Positions 12,362-25,480 of a stretch of DNA of 64,000 bases are shown piece after piece. A model generated the notes under the pieces. That model worked only from the letters and a program-made list of their open reading frames with translations. It did no database searches and had not been told where the DNA came from. Numbering within the stretch: position 1 is the first letter of the stretch; every line of letters starts with the position of its first letter. Source of the DNA: Squalus acanthias (Eukaryota). Position numbers and translations under genes: made by a program. Location: positions 107,322,001 through 107,386,000 of the forward strand of contig CM059434.1 of the NCBI GenBank assembly GCA_030390025.1, in the 5' to 3' direction.

Positions 12362-14097
12362 ATTGCCTTAAGGTGTCCTGTTTGTTGAGATTTAAAACTA
12401 TATTGAATTAGGGACAAATAAGTTCATATTTTATTAAGTTTAATGGATTTCAACTCTCATAACTTTCTACATTTGTCCACTCAACAGCTGCACACTCATT
12501 TTTACTGGCAACAGCTTCAGATCAGTTTCAGAAAACCAAAACGAGCCAAGCACTACACACAGTAGTTTTTTTTACTTTCACCATGTCAGGCTGACATTAC
12601 TCCTTACAATTCAGAAATAAATGTAAATAAAAAGGACATATAAAACAGAGAGATAATGAACTGTAGATCCAATTAAAAGCTATGTTTCTGTTTTGGACTT
12701 TCTTCCAGTCCAACCCTGTGTTTTTTCATTCACTGTTGTGGCCCGTAAATAACTAGATTGCTGTAATTAAAAAGAAGTCAAAAGTGCAGAAATGTGTTGG
12801 GCTAGCTTTCTCAAGTCCGTCAACATAATGGGAATGAGTGTCATCAATATTATCAAAAGTTGTGTGTTTGTAATATTGTAGACTGGACTTTCCACTAATG
12901 CAAAATCCATGTGCATCTTCAATGACGAGAGTTCCGTCACAAGAATGTGCTCCCGGTCCTGGATGATTGTCCTCGGTCAAGGATAATGTGCATTTTTTTA
13001 GATGGGCTCTCTGGTCTCCGCTGGGGAGCCTGCCTGGAGAAGGAGACATCGATTGGCTGCAGCAGTATGATGTCATTGACAGCTTCTGTGTTGCCTGCCA
13101 AACTTCTGGAAAAGAACATTTTTAATTTTTTTTTAAGGTGCCTAAACATATGCAATCAATCATGCTGTGGTACTGTGGTTAGAATGGACCATTGTAGGGA
13201 TCTGACTGTTTTTTGGTCTGCACTAACCACACCACACAACACTACTCCATTACCAACATTAGTTCATCTTAATCATGTAACATCACAGATCAAAAAATAA
13301 GTTCAACCTGCCATGATAGTTCCCCATCTCCCCCCTCCATTAAACCTCAACCACAGGCATTTTTACCCACTCTGTCTAGCCTCTGCTCTACATTTGGTTG
13401 AAGGCCTATCCTCTATCTCTGCTCTGTTCCTTCCAGGTCACAGTCCTCCTCCACCTTGCTCCCTCCCAGACCGAACCCTGAGCCTCAATCTCTCTTAACT
13501 GGGCGTGATCTGAAATCGCCCAGAAACCCATTCTTCCCTCCCACTCTGCCAGACAGCCCCCGGTATCTCCCCGCCCAATCTCAGTGCCCAGCTTCGGCAT
13601 GTTGCCTTCCATTTTGACAGAGAATGTGTAAGAACCTCATAGAGAAACAAAAAGTAGCAGACATATAAAACAAGAGAGAGGAACAATCAAAAATAATTGG
13701 ATAATTGGAAAAAGATGCACAGACCCAATGTTAGTCATAAATTCTGTCGTTACTTTTATAGTGCCATTATAAATTCCTACTTTCACATTTATTGTGAACA
13801 CTGCCTGTGTCAACTTGCCCCATTGTAACTACATCAGTGCAGTGTCTGCACTGGGGAGGGGGAGGTATAATCACAGTATGACAAGTATATACAAAAAGGT
13901 TCCATTATAAGTGAGGATATAAGAATTTATAATAGAAAATGTTGACAGCAAATGTGCTTTGACATAGCATATTTAATAAATACATATTACAATATTCAAA
14001 CTAACTATTATAAGCACTCTTTCTTCCAGGGTGTTTGCTATTTATCTTTGCCTTTCTAGTAATGTAACAACATCATGACTGTGCCAAAAACAGATCT

Positions 14098-14103
<6 letters not shown>

Positions 14104-14130
<27 letters not shown>
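14104..14130. repeat. (TA)n microsatellite
   Basis: About 13 TA units. Confidence 0.95.
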
Positions 14131-14134
<4 letters not shown>

Positions 14135-15130
14135 CTAACACAACTGCTGCCTTTCTCCTTACAGACTCATATTTAACATTATTCTTTGTAGTACACTTCT
14201 CATCATTGGAAAATTCTTTAGGTGAAGACATCTAATACTAAACTTACGGATGCACCAGTCACCACATGAATATTTTAATTTGCCCTGTGTGCACTCCAAG
14301 TAACAGACTCTGAAAAGTGTAATTATTCAAAATCTGAGAGTGTTTCACAAGGCCAAATGAAACCTCTCACTGACACTTTTGGCCCAAATTTCGACAGCAA
14401 ACCATTGTAACCATTCCTCTGACTGCCTCTCCACCACCCCCACCGCCCCCCCCCCCACCCCAATCTCACAGTTCCACTATTTTCCGTCATGACGTCAGAT
14501 GATTAATCCAACCAGCCAAATATGAGTGGGCGTATTAAAATATGACACATTTCCCATCATTTATGCCTCAGTAACACTGTATGGAAAGGACGCAGGACGC
14601 CTGCATGTCCCTGGTATCCAGTGTTGTTAAGGGTTAACTTTTAGAAGTTAGCTTCCCTAATGCACTCCATCTCAGAGTGATCGACCGCATTCGGGAAACC
14701 GCTGCGATAATTAACCAGCCACCATTTATTTTATTAACTGTTCCTCAGGGCCCCAGGCCCACGCAGCAAGGTGCCTCAGTGACTTGCCTGCGCCCCTACC
14801 CTCCACAGGAGGCAGGCTGGAACCATTAAGGGCCTCAGTGCCTGCCAAAATATTTTAAAGTCTCTCACTGCCAGAAATGGGCAGGGATCAGGGGCACCCG
14901 TGAGAGGTGTGTGGAAGTCCCGCTTTAACGACAATCCGTTGCTATAGCAACAGACAGGAAATTCGGCCCCCAGCTCTAAAACCCAGTAATGGAGCAGGAA
15001 ATGCATTCCACATAGTGGGAAAAGAATTGCACTGTCCCATCAAAAAATCACAGTACCAGTATATGTAGGAAAGTTCCGTGATGATTTATATATTGCCACT
15101 CTAATAATCTAACTTTTCTTTGTAAAATAG

Positions 15131-15193
15131 GGCTGGAGTTCTTGCCAGATTCGTAGCAACTGATGGTGGGATTACAAGAATTTACCCCAAAAG
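15131..15193 (+). CDS. CACNA2D1: alpha2delta-1 exon AGVLARFVATDGGITRIYPK
   Basis: aatag/gtagg boundaries, 63 nt, phase 2/2. Matches GVKARFVVTDGGITRVYPK. Confidence 0.95.
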
Positions 15194-15250
15194 GTAGGAT
15201 TTTTTACAACCAGTGGTGCATGTCTTGGGAACAGTTGTGTGTTCAGTTTT

Positions 15251-15797
15251 ACAACACCAGGTTATAGTCCAACAGTTTTATTTGAAATCACGAGCTTTCG
15301 GAGCGCTGCTCCTTCGTCGGGTGAAGTAGAGAGATACAGAATCGACAAAGCATATATAGATGGAGAACAATGCATGTGTACCTTACAATGGTAGACGACT
15401 AAATTTAATCATCCTGACTGTTTATCTGCCGAGGTGTGACAAAAGGCAATCAGGTCAGCCAGGAAGGTATCACATCAAAGACATAGCAAGATACAACTGA
15501 GACAATGAGTGTGGCTCCACCTCATTGTCTCAGTTGTATCTTGCTATGTCTTTGATGTGATACCTTCCTGGCTGACCTGATTGCCTTTTGTCACACCTCG
15601 GCAGATAAACAGTCAGGATGATTAAATTTAGTCGTCTACCATTGTAAGGTACACATGCATTGTTCTCTATCTATATATGCTTTGTCGATTCTGTATTTCT
15701 TTACTTCACCTGAGGAAGGGGCCACGTAAGCTCCGAAAGCTTGTGATTTCAAATAAAACTGTTGGACTATAACCTGGTGTTGTGCGACTTCTCATTT
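15251..15797. mobile_element. fold-back Penelope-like element (inverted arms 15251-15509 / 15521-15783)
   Basis: About 260-bp inverted arms around an 11-nt loop. Terminus ctgagga...ccgaaagcttgtgatttcaaataaaactgttggactataacctggtgttgt is shared with 40041-40276. Confidence 0.8.
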
Positions 15798-16201
15798 CAA
15801 TTTGTCAGGAATAGACTGTATACATTTTGTAAACTTCTCATTGTCTTTCTTGAAGGAAAGCAGTGGCTTGCATGATGAGGGAAGTGATAGTCACCTGAGG
15901 TTATATAACTTTCCAAAAATGCAAAGAGTGAAGTATAATAATTATCAAAACAACTGCTACAAAACAAAGTAACAGAACACGATGTTCCTACCATGAGTGA
16001 TTTCTTCAAATTTTAGTCTATGTGGACAGGACAACCTCAATTCACAGATCATTCAAATAGAGTTGTTTACATTGATACTTGTATTTGCTTTTTGAGAGGT
16101 CTCCTTCCTGCCCATTATTTGGGTTATCCAGGAAATGGACACTGCTCTAATCTCTAAGTGTTGTCTTTGTGCTGCCCGATTTTCTCTAAAGCAAACATCA
16201 T

Positions 16202-18665
16202 GGGCTGGATTTTACTTACCGAGATGTCTGCGTCCTGCGGGCTTGCCGGTCAATTAAGGGAACGCCAGTGTCAGATGGCTTCATCTACCGGTTTTCTTAA
16301 AGGCATATGTCGAACACTTGTTTGACAGATGATTTGACAGTGTTTGACAGCAATGAGGTGCTGTCAAACATTGACAATTACTGTCCAAAGGTGATCCCTT
16401 GCACGCAGGCTCTCCAATTACTCTCTCCTTAGGATAAAACAGATGGCAGCTGCAGCTGAGATTGCAGAAGCCATCTGCCACTTCTCCCGATGAGATGAGG
16501 CTACACAAATACTTCACAGCTTGTCACCTGCAGAAACATCTAAACACATTAAACATTACTTTCATAACATTTCCTTACCTCTAATACTAACCATTGTCAC
16601 TTTGCATCCCTCACACCACTTCTGCAGCTGTCATCCAAACACCAACATAACAACAGACTCACAGCACGCTTCACTTACCCTGGCGGGGTTCCCCGACATC
16701 GGGAAGCCTGCAGCAGAAGTCGCAAAATGGGAAAAAGCCTCTTAACAAAAGTGTCTTCACAAAGGAGGACACAAATAACCTCCCAGAGAGGTCGGGGAAC
16801 ATAGGGTCTAATGAGAGGGAGGAACTGAATGAAATCAGTATTTGTAGGGAAATGGTGTTAGGGAAATTGACGGGATTGAAGGCCGATAAATCCCCAGGGC
16901 CTGATAATCTACATCCTAGGGTACTTAAGGAAGTGGCCCGAGAAATAGTAGATGCATTGCTGGTCATCTTCCAAAATTCTATAGACTCTGGAACAGTTCC
17001 CATGGATTGGAGGATAGCTAATGTAACCCCACTATTTAAAAAGGTGGTAGAGAGAAAACGGGGAATTATAGACCGGTTAGCCTGACATCGGTCGTGGGGA
17101 AAATGCTAGAGTCCATTATAAAAGATGTAATAGCAGAGCACTTGGAAAACAGTGACAGGATCGGACAAAGTCAACATGGATTTACAAAAGGTAAATCATG
17201 CTTGACAAATCTACTGGAATTTTTTGAGGATGTAACCGGTAGAATTGATAAGGGAGAACCAGTGGACGTGGTGTATTTGGACTTTCAGAAGGCTTTCGAC
17301 AAGGTCGCACATAAGAGATTAGCATGCAAAGTTAAAGCACATGGGATTGGGGGTAAGGTACTGACTTGGTTGGCAGACAGGAAGCAAAGATTTGGAATGA
17401 ACGGGTCTTTTTCCGAGTGGCAGGCAGTGACTAGTGGGGTACCGCAGGGATCGGTGCTAGGACCTCAGCTATTCACAATATATATTAATGATTTGGACGA
17501 GGGAACTAGATGTAATATCTCCAAGTTTGCAGACGACACAAAGCTGGGTGGGCGAGTGTGCTGTGAGGAGGATGCAGAGAAACTCCAGTATGATTTGGAC
17601 AGGTTGGGTGAGTGGGCAAATGCATGGCAGATGCAGTATAATGTGGATAAATGTGAGGTTATCCACTTTGGTGGCAAAAACAGGAAGGCAGATTATTATC
17701 TGAACGGCAATAGATTGGGAAAAGGGGAGGTGCAACGAGACCTGGGTGTCCTTGTGCACCAGTCGCTGAAGGTAAGCATGCAGGTGCAGCAGGCAGTTAA
17801 GAAGGCAAATGGTATGTTGGCCTTCATAGTGAGAGGATTCGAGTACAGGAGCAGGGATGTCTTGCTGCAGTTGTACAGGGCCTTGGTGAGACCACACCTT
17901 GAGTATTGTGTGCAGTTTTGGTCGCCTTATCTGAGGAAGGATGTTCTTGCCATGGAGGGAGTGCAGCGAAGATTCACCAGACTGATACCTGGATTGGCAG
18001 GGATGACGTATGAAGAGAGATTGGGTCGATTAGGCTTATACTCGCTAGAGTTTAGAAGAATGAGAGGGGATCTCATTGAAACTTATAAAATTCTAACAGG
18101 ACTAGACAGACTAGAAGCAGGAAGGATGTTCCCGATGGCGGGTGAGTCCAGAACCAGGGGTCACAGTCTAAGGATAAGGGGTAAGCCATTTAGGACTGAG
18201 ATGAGGAGGAATTTCTTCACCCAGAGAGTGGTGAACCTGTGGAATTCTTGACCACAGAAGGCAGTTGAGGCCAAATCATTAAATATATTCAAGAAGGAGT
18301 TAGATATAGTTCTTAAGGCTAAAGGGATCAAGGGATATGGGGAGAAAGCAGAGACAGGGTACTGAATTTGGATGATCAGCCATGATCTCATTAAATGGCG
18401 GAGCAGGCTTGAAGGGCCGAATGGCCTACTCCTGCTCCTATCTTCTATGTTTCTATGTTAACTGCCTGTTAACGGGCAGTTAAGTGACTATAATCCTTTT
18501 CCCGCCGCTAGGAGTCGGGCCCCTGCGCAAATCGGGTACCCGACTCCCGGGAAGATTGTTTGGAGGCGGGTTGGGAGCGGTTTCGGGACCCGCTCCCATT
18601 CGTTTTGAATTTCCCAGCAGTCCCGCCTTCAAACCCGCCTCCTCAGGGCTGGTAAAATCGCGCCC
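16202..18665. mobile_element. Harbinger-type non-autonomous element hosting a CR1 insertion
   Basis: TIRs gggctggattttac / gtaaaatcgcgccc (12/14 match), flanks cat/tat. Subterminal sequence resembles the reverse complement of the 3684 element's left end. Confidence 0.7.
16750..18458 (+). mobile_element. CR1 LINE, 5'-truncated, reverse transcriptase region
   Basis: ORFs 16852..17085 and 17094..18251 (KSPGPD, QHGF, YLDFQKAFDKV, GVPQGSVLGP, FADDTK), with a frameshift near 17045 and a stop at 18249. (ttctatgt)n tail. Confidence 0.97.
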
Positions 18666-20196
18666 TATATTTCAAATGCTCATCCCTAGTATGGGGTCCA
18701 CTATAGGCTGACTTACATGAACAACAAAATCAGCAGTGTGTTCTGGTCAGTACTATAAGTGGGCTATGAAACAAGCGATGATTAGGTGGTCCTGTTACAG
18801 CATATAGAACCAACGTACCAACCTCACCTTGTATTCTAAAGTGTTCAAATGAATCTGATGAAGAAATGGGCTGCACAAAATTGGATGTAGTGGTGTAGAT
18901 TTGCTGCTTAGTGGATTGGTTCTAGAACAGCTGGAGGCAGTGTGAGTGCCAGCTAGTTAAAACTGGAATACGATATGAAGAAATCATCTGTCCAAAATTT
19001 AAATAAATGGGGCTGACAGCATGTGCATGGTATTAACTGTAAACTATTCAATTCATTTCTAGATTCCCTAGCATTGCATACTCAATGTTGTCAGGCATCC
19101 ATCACCTCACAACTACTGAAGGTTGACATTGCACGATTCAGTATTAAAAACAAACACATTAACCTTTATGCCAGTTATTTAATGTATTTGTTACTAATAC
19201 CATATAATCCGATTTTGACCCATTGATGTCTTTCACTGTTGACTACACTTCACTTTCATGTGGTTCTGTTCCTTTCACTTGTTTACAATCAAACCCTGTT
19301 AAAATCACAGGTAGAAGAGGAATTCCAAACATGTTCGAATTCCTCATTCTTCTCGGGCTTGCATATGTACCCTTCTAATCGCACCAGTTGGTCACTTTGG
19401 TGGAGCACCAGTACAAAGACAAATGCCTGCCCGTATTCAATCAAAGTCTACCTATTCTATATGTAGAGACATATTACGCCCAAAATTCAAATAGGGGTGA
19501 AGTGCAACAGAGTAGCTCCAAAGTGAGGAGGCCCAGACCCTGTCCCAAGTTACAGGGACATGGTTATTTGCATACTCGGGTTGGGCAGCCTGCACCTATA
19601 ACAGTGCATCAATGACACCTACCCTGATCCACCAGTAGGAAGCACGGAGTGACGCCCTGTCGCTCCATGGGAAGAAGAAAGGCCTTGGGAATGACCATTT
19701 AAAAAAATAAGCTCTTTTCATCCGCTCTTCATGAAGCAAGCAGGCCTCTATTTAAGGGTAATCGATCTCCTCTGGGATGATTCGCCTTCATTCCCTCCAC
19801 CCTTCAGAATATCACTGGGTTCCTCACACAGGGCGGAATCCTGGCAGAAGTGAGTTGTGCCCCATTTTCCAGCCCCCTCCAGCAGTTCCACCAGAGAAGC
19901 ACCAGGGTCTGATCGGAATCTTCGGCCTTTTGTCTTGAAAATAGACTTTTTGCTGATTGATCAATTTGATGGTTATAGCAGATGTTCGTAGTAGATTTTG
20001 TTTAACCCGGTGATGAGAATTCCAGGGCTTTTAACCTGCAATTTAATTGAGAAGCATTCAGTATTTGCAAGTTTCTCCTTCCCTTTCATAGATCTATAGA
20101 AAAGATCATGGGTTTAGGACACTTTCAAGATTTTGTTTAAGAGCAGCTTAAAGTATGATTCCCGTTATTTCTCAAATAATATTATTTCCTTTTTAG

Positions 20197-20300
20197 TGCT
20201 GGAGAAGAATGGACAGAAAATCCAGAGACATATGAAGCGAGCTACTACAAAAGGAGCCTAAACAACAATATTTACATCTTCACTGCACCTTACATCAACA
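20197..20300 (+). CDS. CACNA2D1: alpha2delta-1 exon (S)[34 protein letters not shown]
   Basis: ttttag/gtaag, 104 nt, phase 2/1. Matches [34 protein letters not shown]. Confidence 0.95.
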
Positions 20301-20326
20301 GTAAGATTACTGTGCTTTATCCAATT

Positions 20327-20967
20327 GGGAACCTTTACCAGTGACGGTTGGAAATTGGGCTCACCATTGCGCGAACCTGTTGATTTTAACGCCAGGCCTC
20401 ATTTAAATTTTTTAAATCTGCCTCCCACCCGAAGTCAGCGGGAATTACGTCAGGGCCGCGGGCAGGAGCGGGAATTGGTGTGGGAGCCAGGGTCCGAAGA
20501 GAACGGATCCCCGGTATAAGGTAATTGCTCGGAGTGGTGGGTTGCAGAGCTGATGCTAGTCGGGGAAGGGAGAGACAAGGCTGGGGCTACGGAGACTGAA
20601 GATTGAGCAGCCCCCGCTCCTCCTGGCCCACAAGGATTCCGCATAAAAAGAATATTTTTTCACTTACATTGGCCCCTTCTGGCTACTCCGCAGATTCCTG
20701 TCCTGGTAGAGCGGTCGGGGTTGGCACTGTGCGGGCCTCCCGAATCCAAGCGTTGAAATGGGGACGCGGTGCTGATGACATCATCAGGCCGCGACTTTTA
20801 GATTTAAATTTAGGTCCCTGTCTGCCTGTAGTTGGAGCTTCGGATGACTTCAAATTTAGTAAAGATAGAATGTCGTCAGGCTGTTTAGTAGACTCGGATG
20901 ATTTTAACCCCCCACTCACTGTCCCTCCGAGCGAGAGCAGGGTGGGGAGGTGGTTAAAATCAGCCCC
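20327..20967. mobile_element. Harbinger-type MITE with degenerate left TIR
   Basis: Right end tggttaaaatcagcccc, left end gggaacctttacca, att on both flanks, GC-rich interior. Confidence 0.6.
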
Positions 20968-21289
20968 ATTATTTTCATAAAAGCTGCTGATAATGTTTTC
21001 CTTGTATCTGGTACGTATAATCCCTGATTCCCATTGTAATGAATGGAATTGGTTGTGAGGCTATAGAATACACTACAAGAGTTAGTGATTGAAGCAGAGA
21101 CCAAGTCTAGAAATAAACGGATATGGGAATAGAGCAGGCACATGGGATTAGGAATACATGGATTGGTTGGGCTGAACGAACTGTTCCATGTTGTAATTTC
21201 TATGTAATTCTATAAGTCACTTTGACAGTTTCCAAATACTAGAAGCATATAATGGTGTTCCTGAAATACAACAGGCTTGTTTTTGAAAG

Positions 21290-21722
21290 ATAGAATGAGC
21301 ATGCATTTATGTCGTACTTTTCACATTCTCAAGTCATCCCAAAGTGCTGCACAGCCAATTATTTACTCTTGAAGTGTGTTCACTGTTGTTCTGTAGGAAA
21401 ATGTGGCAGCCAATTTGCGCACAGCAAGGTTCCACAAAAAAGGATTGAGATTAATGACCAGATGATCTGTTTTGGAGGCATTGGTTGAAGGATGAATGTT
21501 GGTCAGGACATCCTTCTTTCAAAAAGTGCCATTGGATCTTTTCCATCCACCTGAAAAGTGAGACAGGGCCTCCGTTTCACATTCCAGCCAAAAGGCAGAA
21601 GCTCTGACAATGCATCAGCCCCTCGGTAATACACTGAACGATCAGCTTAGATCATATGCTCAAGTCAAGCAGTGGGCTTTGAACCCACAACCTTCTCAAT
21701 CCGTAATCCACTGAGCTAAACT
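21290..21722 (-). mobile_element. Deu-domain-type SINE
   Basis: Same motif series as 1420-2030, ending in ttgaacccacaaccttct...cactgagcta (reverse of a tRNA-like head). Confidence 0.65.
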
Positions 21723-23371
21723 CTTATCAAGACTCTCGTGGATTAGTGAAGCTGTCAATTTAAATCTTGCATCTGCCTGCAGCCCTGCATTGTTGGTGCG
21801 CGCCGACTCTTTGACCGGCACCATTACTTCCTGATCGTAAAGCTTCTCACACTACCATTATACAATATAGCTGTGACAAGCCAGTAAATCAGTCCGATCA
21901 ATTCAAACATTAAGCTTGATCCTTAACCTGTACTGAGTTAACTAAGCTCAGTCATAGAAGAAATTCAGATGCTTTAATTAATCTTAGCCCTCCAATAGGG
22001 TACAAACCAGGCAAATAAATGCCAGCCTCATGGGCAATAAATGCAGGCCTTGCTAGCGATGGCCACATCCGAGAATGAATAAGAAGAAAGATTGCCGTCC
22101 TTAATCACTGTCCACTAGCCCTGGATATAAAGTACACGTGTGAGCATTCGGTGAGCACAAGATGAGGCTCAGTTGTGATGCACTTTATGGTTAAATAACC
22201 GACTGATATTCATTGTCCAGGCTCACATATGTAGAATGGCCACTTGGCATTGGCACTGGAAGGCTCCTGACACCCACAGACCTGTACGCCAACAAAAGAG
22301 AGCGCTTGCAGGAGTGGGGGCAACAAATTTGGGGAAAGAAAATAGAGTCGATTGTCCTCTGGGGGCCCCCTGCACTGCGCCCATGAGGAAAAAAGTGTCC
22401 TTGAATTTGCTGGCCTTGGCCATTCGCTTGGCCCAGGCACATTCCTGGCGTACTCCTGCCCCTGGCAGAGCCTTGCAGGAAAGAGCAGGAAATAGGAGTA
22501 CAGATGCGCTAGCCTGAGGCCTGCAGAATCTTCAGTCTGCAGGTGCAAGCCCCGGTGCATGGCGTATCCCTCTGCGTGGTCCAACAACGAGGAAAATAAA
22601 GTGGGAGACTGGGTGTTGCCCCTACTGCCTCATTTAACTGGGCCTGTGTTTACTACAGGCGCAGGTCTGGTACTGCCCACCTGGGAAACCCCAGGGAATC
22701 CCGACAGCGCAGTGGCGGCGGAGCCTCGGCATGACGGGTCATCACCTCTTTTTTCCTCTTGCGCGCCTGGGAGCTAAACTTTCCCCAGGCTCAGCAAAGA
22801 GGAAAATACACCCAAATAAAACCTGCAGGAGTCACGCTCAGAAGGTTGTCTCATGTCAATTTTAGTCATGGGTCCATGTGCCCGCAGTGGCTAGTGTATA
22901 AATCTGCTGACCACATGCTTGATGAGGTGAGTGATACTTGGTGGGGTGTTTGGAGACAGCGACACAAAGTCTACCAGTCAGGGGAACGACTGCTGTTCTT
23001 ACTTTTGTTCTCCACCGAGCAAGCCTATTAAGTGAGCACAGCAATGACGTAATTCCAGGTAAGATCCGAGAGTTCCTCGTCTGCCTGTCGTCTCATCCCG
23101 ACATGGATTTAAATGCCAGATCTGAGCGTGTTAATGATTTTCTGTAGCTCTGATATTTTCCCAACAGCTGTTTTTGTTTTCTTACAGCTTTGCAAAAATA
23201 TACTAGCCTGCCCCGCGATAGCTGCTGTTCAGTTTGCTTCTGGGAACTGAAATGTTATTTTATACTTGATGAAACACAGCGCTCGAAGAATAAAAATCCT
23301 GCTGTGCCACCACATGGCAGTGTGTCGTTATTGACAGAAGAATAGTCACTGTTTTTCCATTCTTATTGCAG

Positions 23372-23467
23372 AAACCTGGGATGGAATACAAAGTAGTGCA
23401 GAGTCTGGCATTATGGTGAGCAGGGCCGTCGAAATTAGAATCGACGGCAAACTTCTGAAGCCTGCAG
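23372..23467 (+). CDS. CACNA2D1: alpha2delta-1 exon (K)TWDGIQSSAESGIMVSRAVEIRIDGKLLKPA
   Basis: ttgcag/gtggg, 96 nt, phase 1/1. Matches [22 protein letters not shown]; overlaps ORF 23413..23628. Confidence 0.95.
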
Positions 23468-23627
23468 GTGGGTTGATCATTTCAATATTTGCTTTACATT
23501 TTTCAATGTACGCTATCCCATTGTTTATATGTCAGTTGAAGTTTTCACAAGGGCCTGGGGGAAAGTATGGTCACAGGTTTTGGAGGTCAAAACCACATGT
23601 GCTTAACTTTGTTCCTCTTTTACCTTA

Positions 23628-24067
23628 ATAAGAAATAGGAGCAGGAGTTGGCCATTTGGCCCCTCGAGCCTGCTCCGCATGGCTGATCTTCTACCTCATC
23701 TCCACTTTCCCCATATCCCTTGATTCCCTTAATATCCAAAAATCTATCGATCCCTGTCTTGAATATACTCAACGACTGAGCCTCCACAGCCCTCTGGGGT
23801 AGCGAATTCCAAAGATTCACCACCCTCTGAGTGAAGAAATTTCTCCTCATCTCAGTCCTAAATGGCCGACCCCTTATGTGACCCCCGGTTCTGGACTCCC
23901 CAGCCAGTGGAAACATCCTCTCTGCATCTACCCTGTCAAGCCCTGTAAGATTTTTGTATGTTTCAATGCGATCACCTCTCATTCTTCCAAACTCCAGAGA
24001 ATATAGGCCTAGTCTCCTCAATCTCTCCTCAATACTCCCGGTGTGGTCTCACCAGGGCCCCATATAA
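23628..24067 (-). mobile_element. CR1 LINE 3' fragment
   Basis: ORF 23620..24021 LGLYSLEF.RMRGD...NFFTQRVVNLWNSLP. Confidence 0.93.
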
Positions 24068-25026
24068 CGTTGCCTGGAACAGCCAGTTGGTCATCAGAGG
24101 CATTGCACAATGTAAACCGCACAGTGGCAGCAAATGTTTACGGCAGCAAAAAGCTGTTGTACTCGGTTTTTCACTTGTCCCCTTGTGTCTGCTCGATAAG
24201 CTGTGCTCCCTGCAGCAATACACCACTGACAGATACAGATACGTTCTAATGGCTAGCAGCGTGTTCCAAGTGCTCGTCTGATTGGAGGACAGGTGTAAGC
24301 CCAACTAAGTAAAGCAGCTAAAACTAATGTGCCAGCCTTCTGTTTGTAGAAAGATCAACCATTGTATTAAACTATTGAAGGGAGAATGCTGAAGTGTTGT
24401 ATCCCTCCTGTGTCAACACGTTTCCCTCTGCAGTGTAAACTCATCACACTGGCAACAGCAAATTGCCCTTCTGCATCAACTACATTGCCCACTCTTCCCT
24501 GCTCTTGTGTGGCCTAGCAATCCCTACGACTACTCTGCATGCGACAGATTCAGTTGGGGAAATTGATAGCACGTTGAAAGTATTATTTTGTTTTTAAATG
24601 ATTGGTCTGAAGGATTGGCTGTTTGCGACGTCATGATGTACTGGATCCTTAGACTGTGTTTTCTTGCACAAATGCACTAAACTCTGCCACAACAGGAACA
24701 GATTTCCAGGTGCTACAAGTTTACTGTGTAGCGTAAAGAAACAGGCACAGGAAGCTGCTCTTGTATGACAATTTTACGAGCACTTAGGAGCCCTCCTGTG
24801 CCTCAAGAGATACAGTATTAATGTGAAATTTGTAATGCAGTAGATTAGAATTCTGTGCACTGATGAGTGGAAAGTGGTTTTGGAAATGGGTGGTCATTTG
24901 ATTCATTGGAATTGCGTACAATGGAGGAAACGAGAGATGTTCTGGGACACTGGAAATCTATACAGTGGGATTGAAAGGGAAATAGATTGGTATACTAGAA
25001 TTCCTGACCCGAGCCGTTCATTTCTT

Positions 25027-25147
25027 TTTCTCCTTATGTGGCTCGGTGTCAAATTTTTTATCTTGTAATGCTCCTGTGCAGTGCCTTGGGACATTTTACT
25101 ACATTAAAGGCGCTATATAAATACAAGTTGTTGTTGTTATTGTTGTT
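25027..25147 (+). mobile_element. L2 LINE/SINE 3' tail
   Basis: Near-identical to 28430-28542, with a (gtt)n tail. Confidence 0.8.
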
Positions 25148-25480
25148 CTAAGGCGTTATATTGGAATCTTGTGTTTGGATTAGGGTCAGGGATGCGCTTA
25201 TCTGGAGTTTCCTGTACTATTCATTACCAGTTAATCATTAATAACTTTTACTAGCATTTAATTAAAATTATAGCCGATCTTTCCTTTATAGCGCCAGAAT
25301 AATTAATGAACTATAAATGATGTCTGCAGCTATTGTCACAAACTTTTAATTCATCCCCTTGTGTCTGCTCAATAAGTTCTGCTCCTGGCAGCAGAACATC
25401 ACTTACAGATACATTCAAATGGATGGACAGCACCCAAATGAAGGCCTCAGCAGAGTGTTCATCTGACTGTAGGCAGGGTG

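Noticed and set aside
12753-13300. Overlapping 107- and 117-aa ORFs in unique-looking sequence
   Set aside because: No recognisable homology, and not needed for the CACNA2D1 reading frame (10402 joins 15131 in phase).
16341-16370. 12-bp-stem hairpin tgtttgacagca/tgctgtcaaaca
   Set aside because: Internal to a Harbinger-type element and too short to support an ncRNA call.
17094-18251. 385-aa reverse transcriptase as a host gene or novel RT system
   Set aside because: Ordinary 5'-truncated CR1 with a frameshift, a premature stop and a typical 3' tail.
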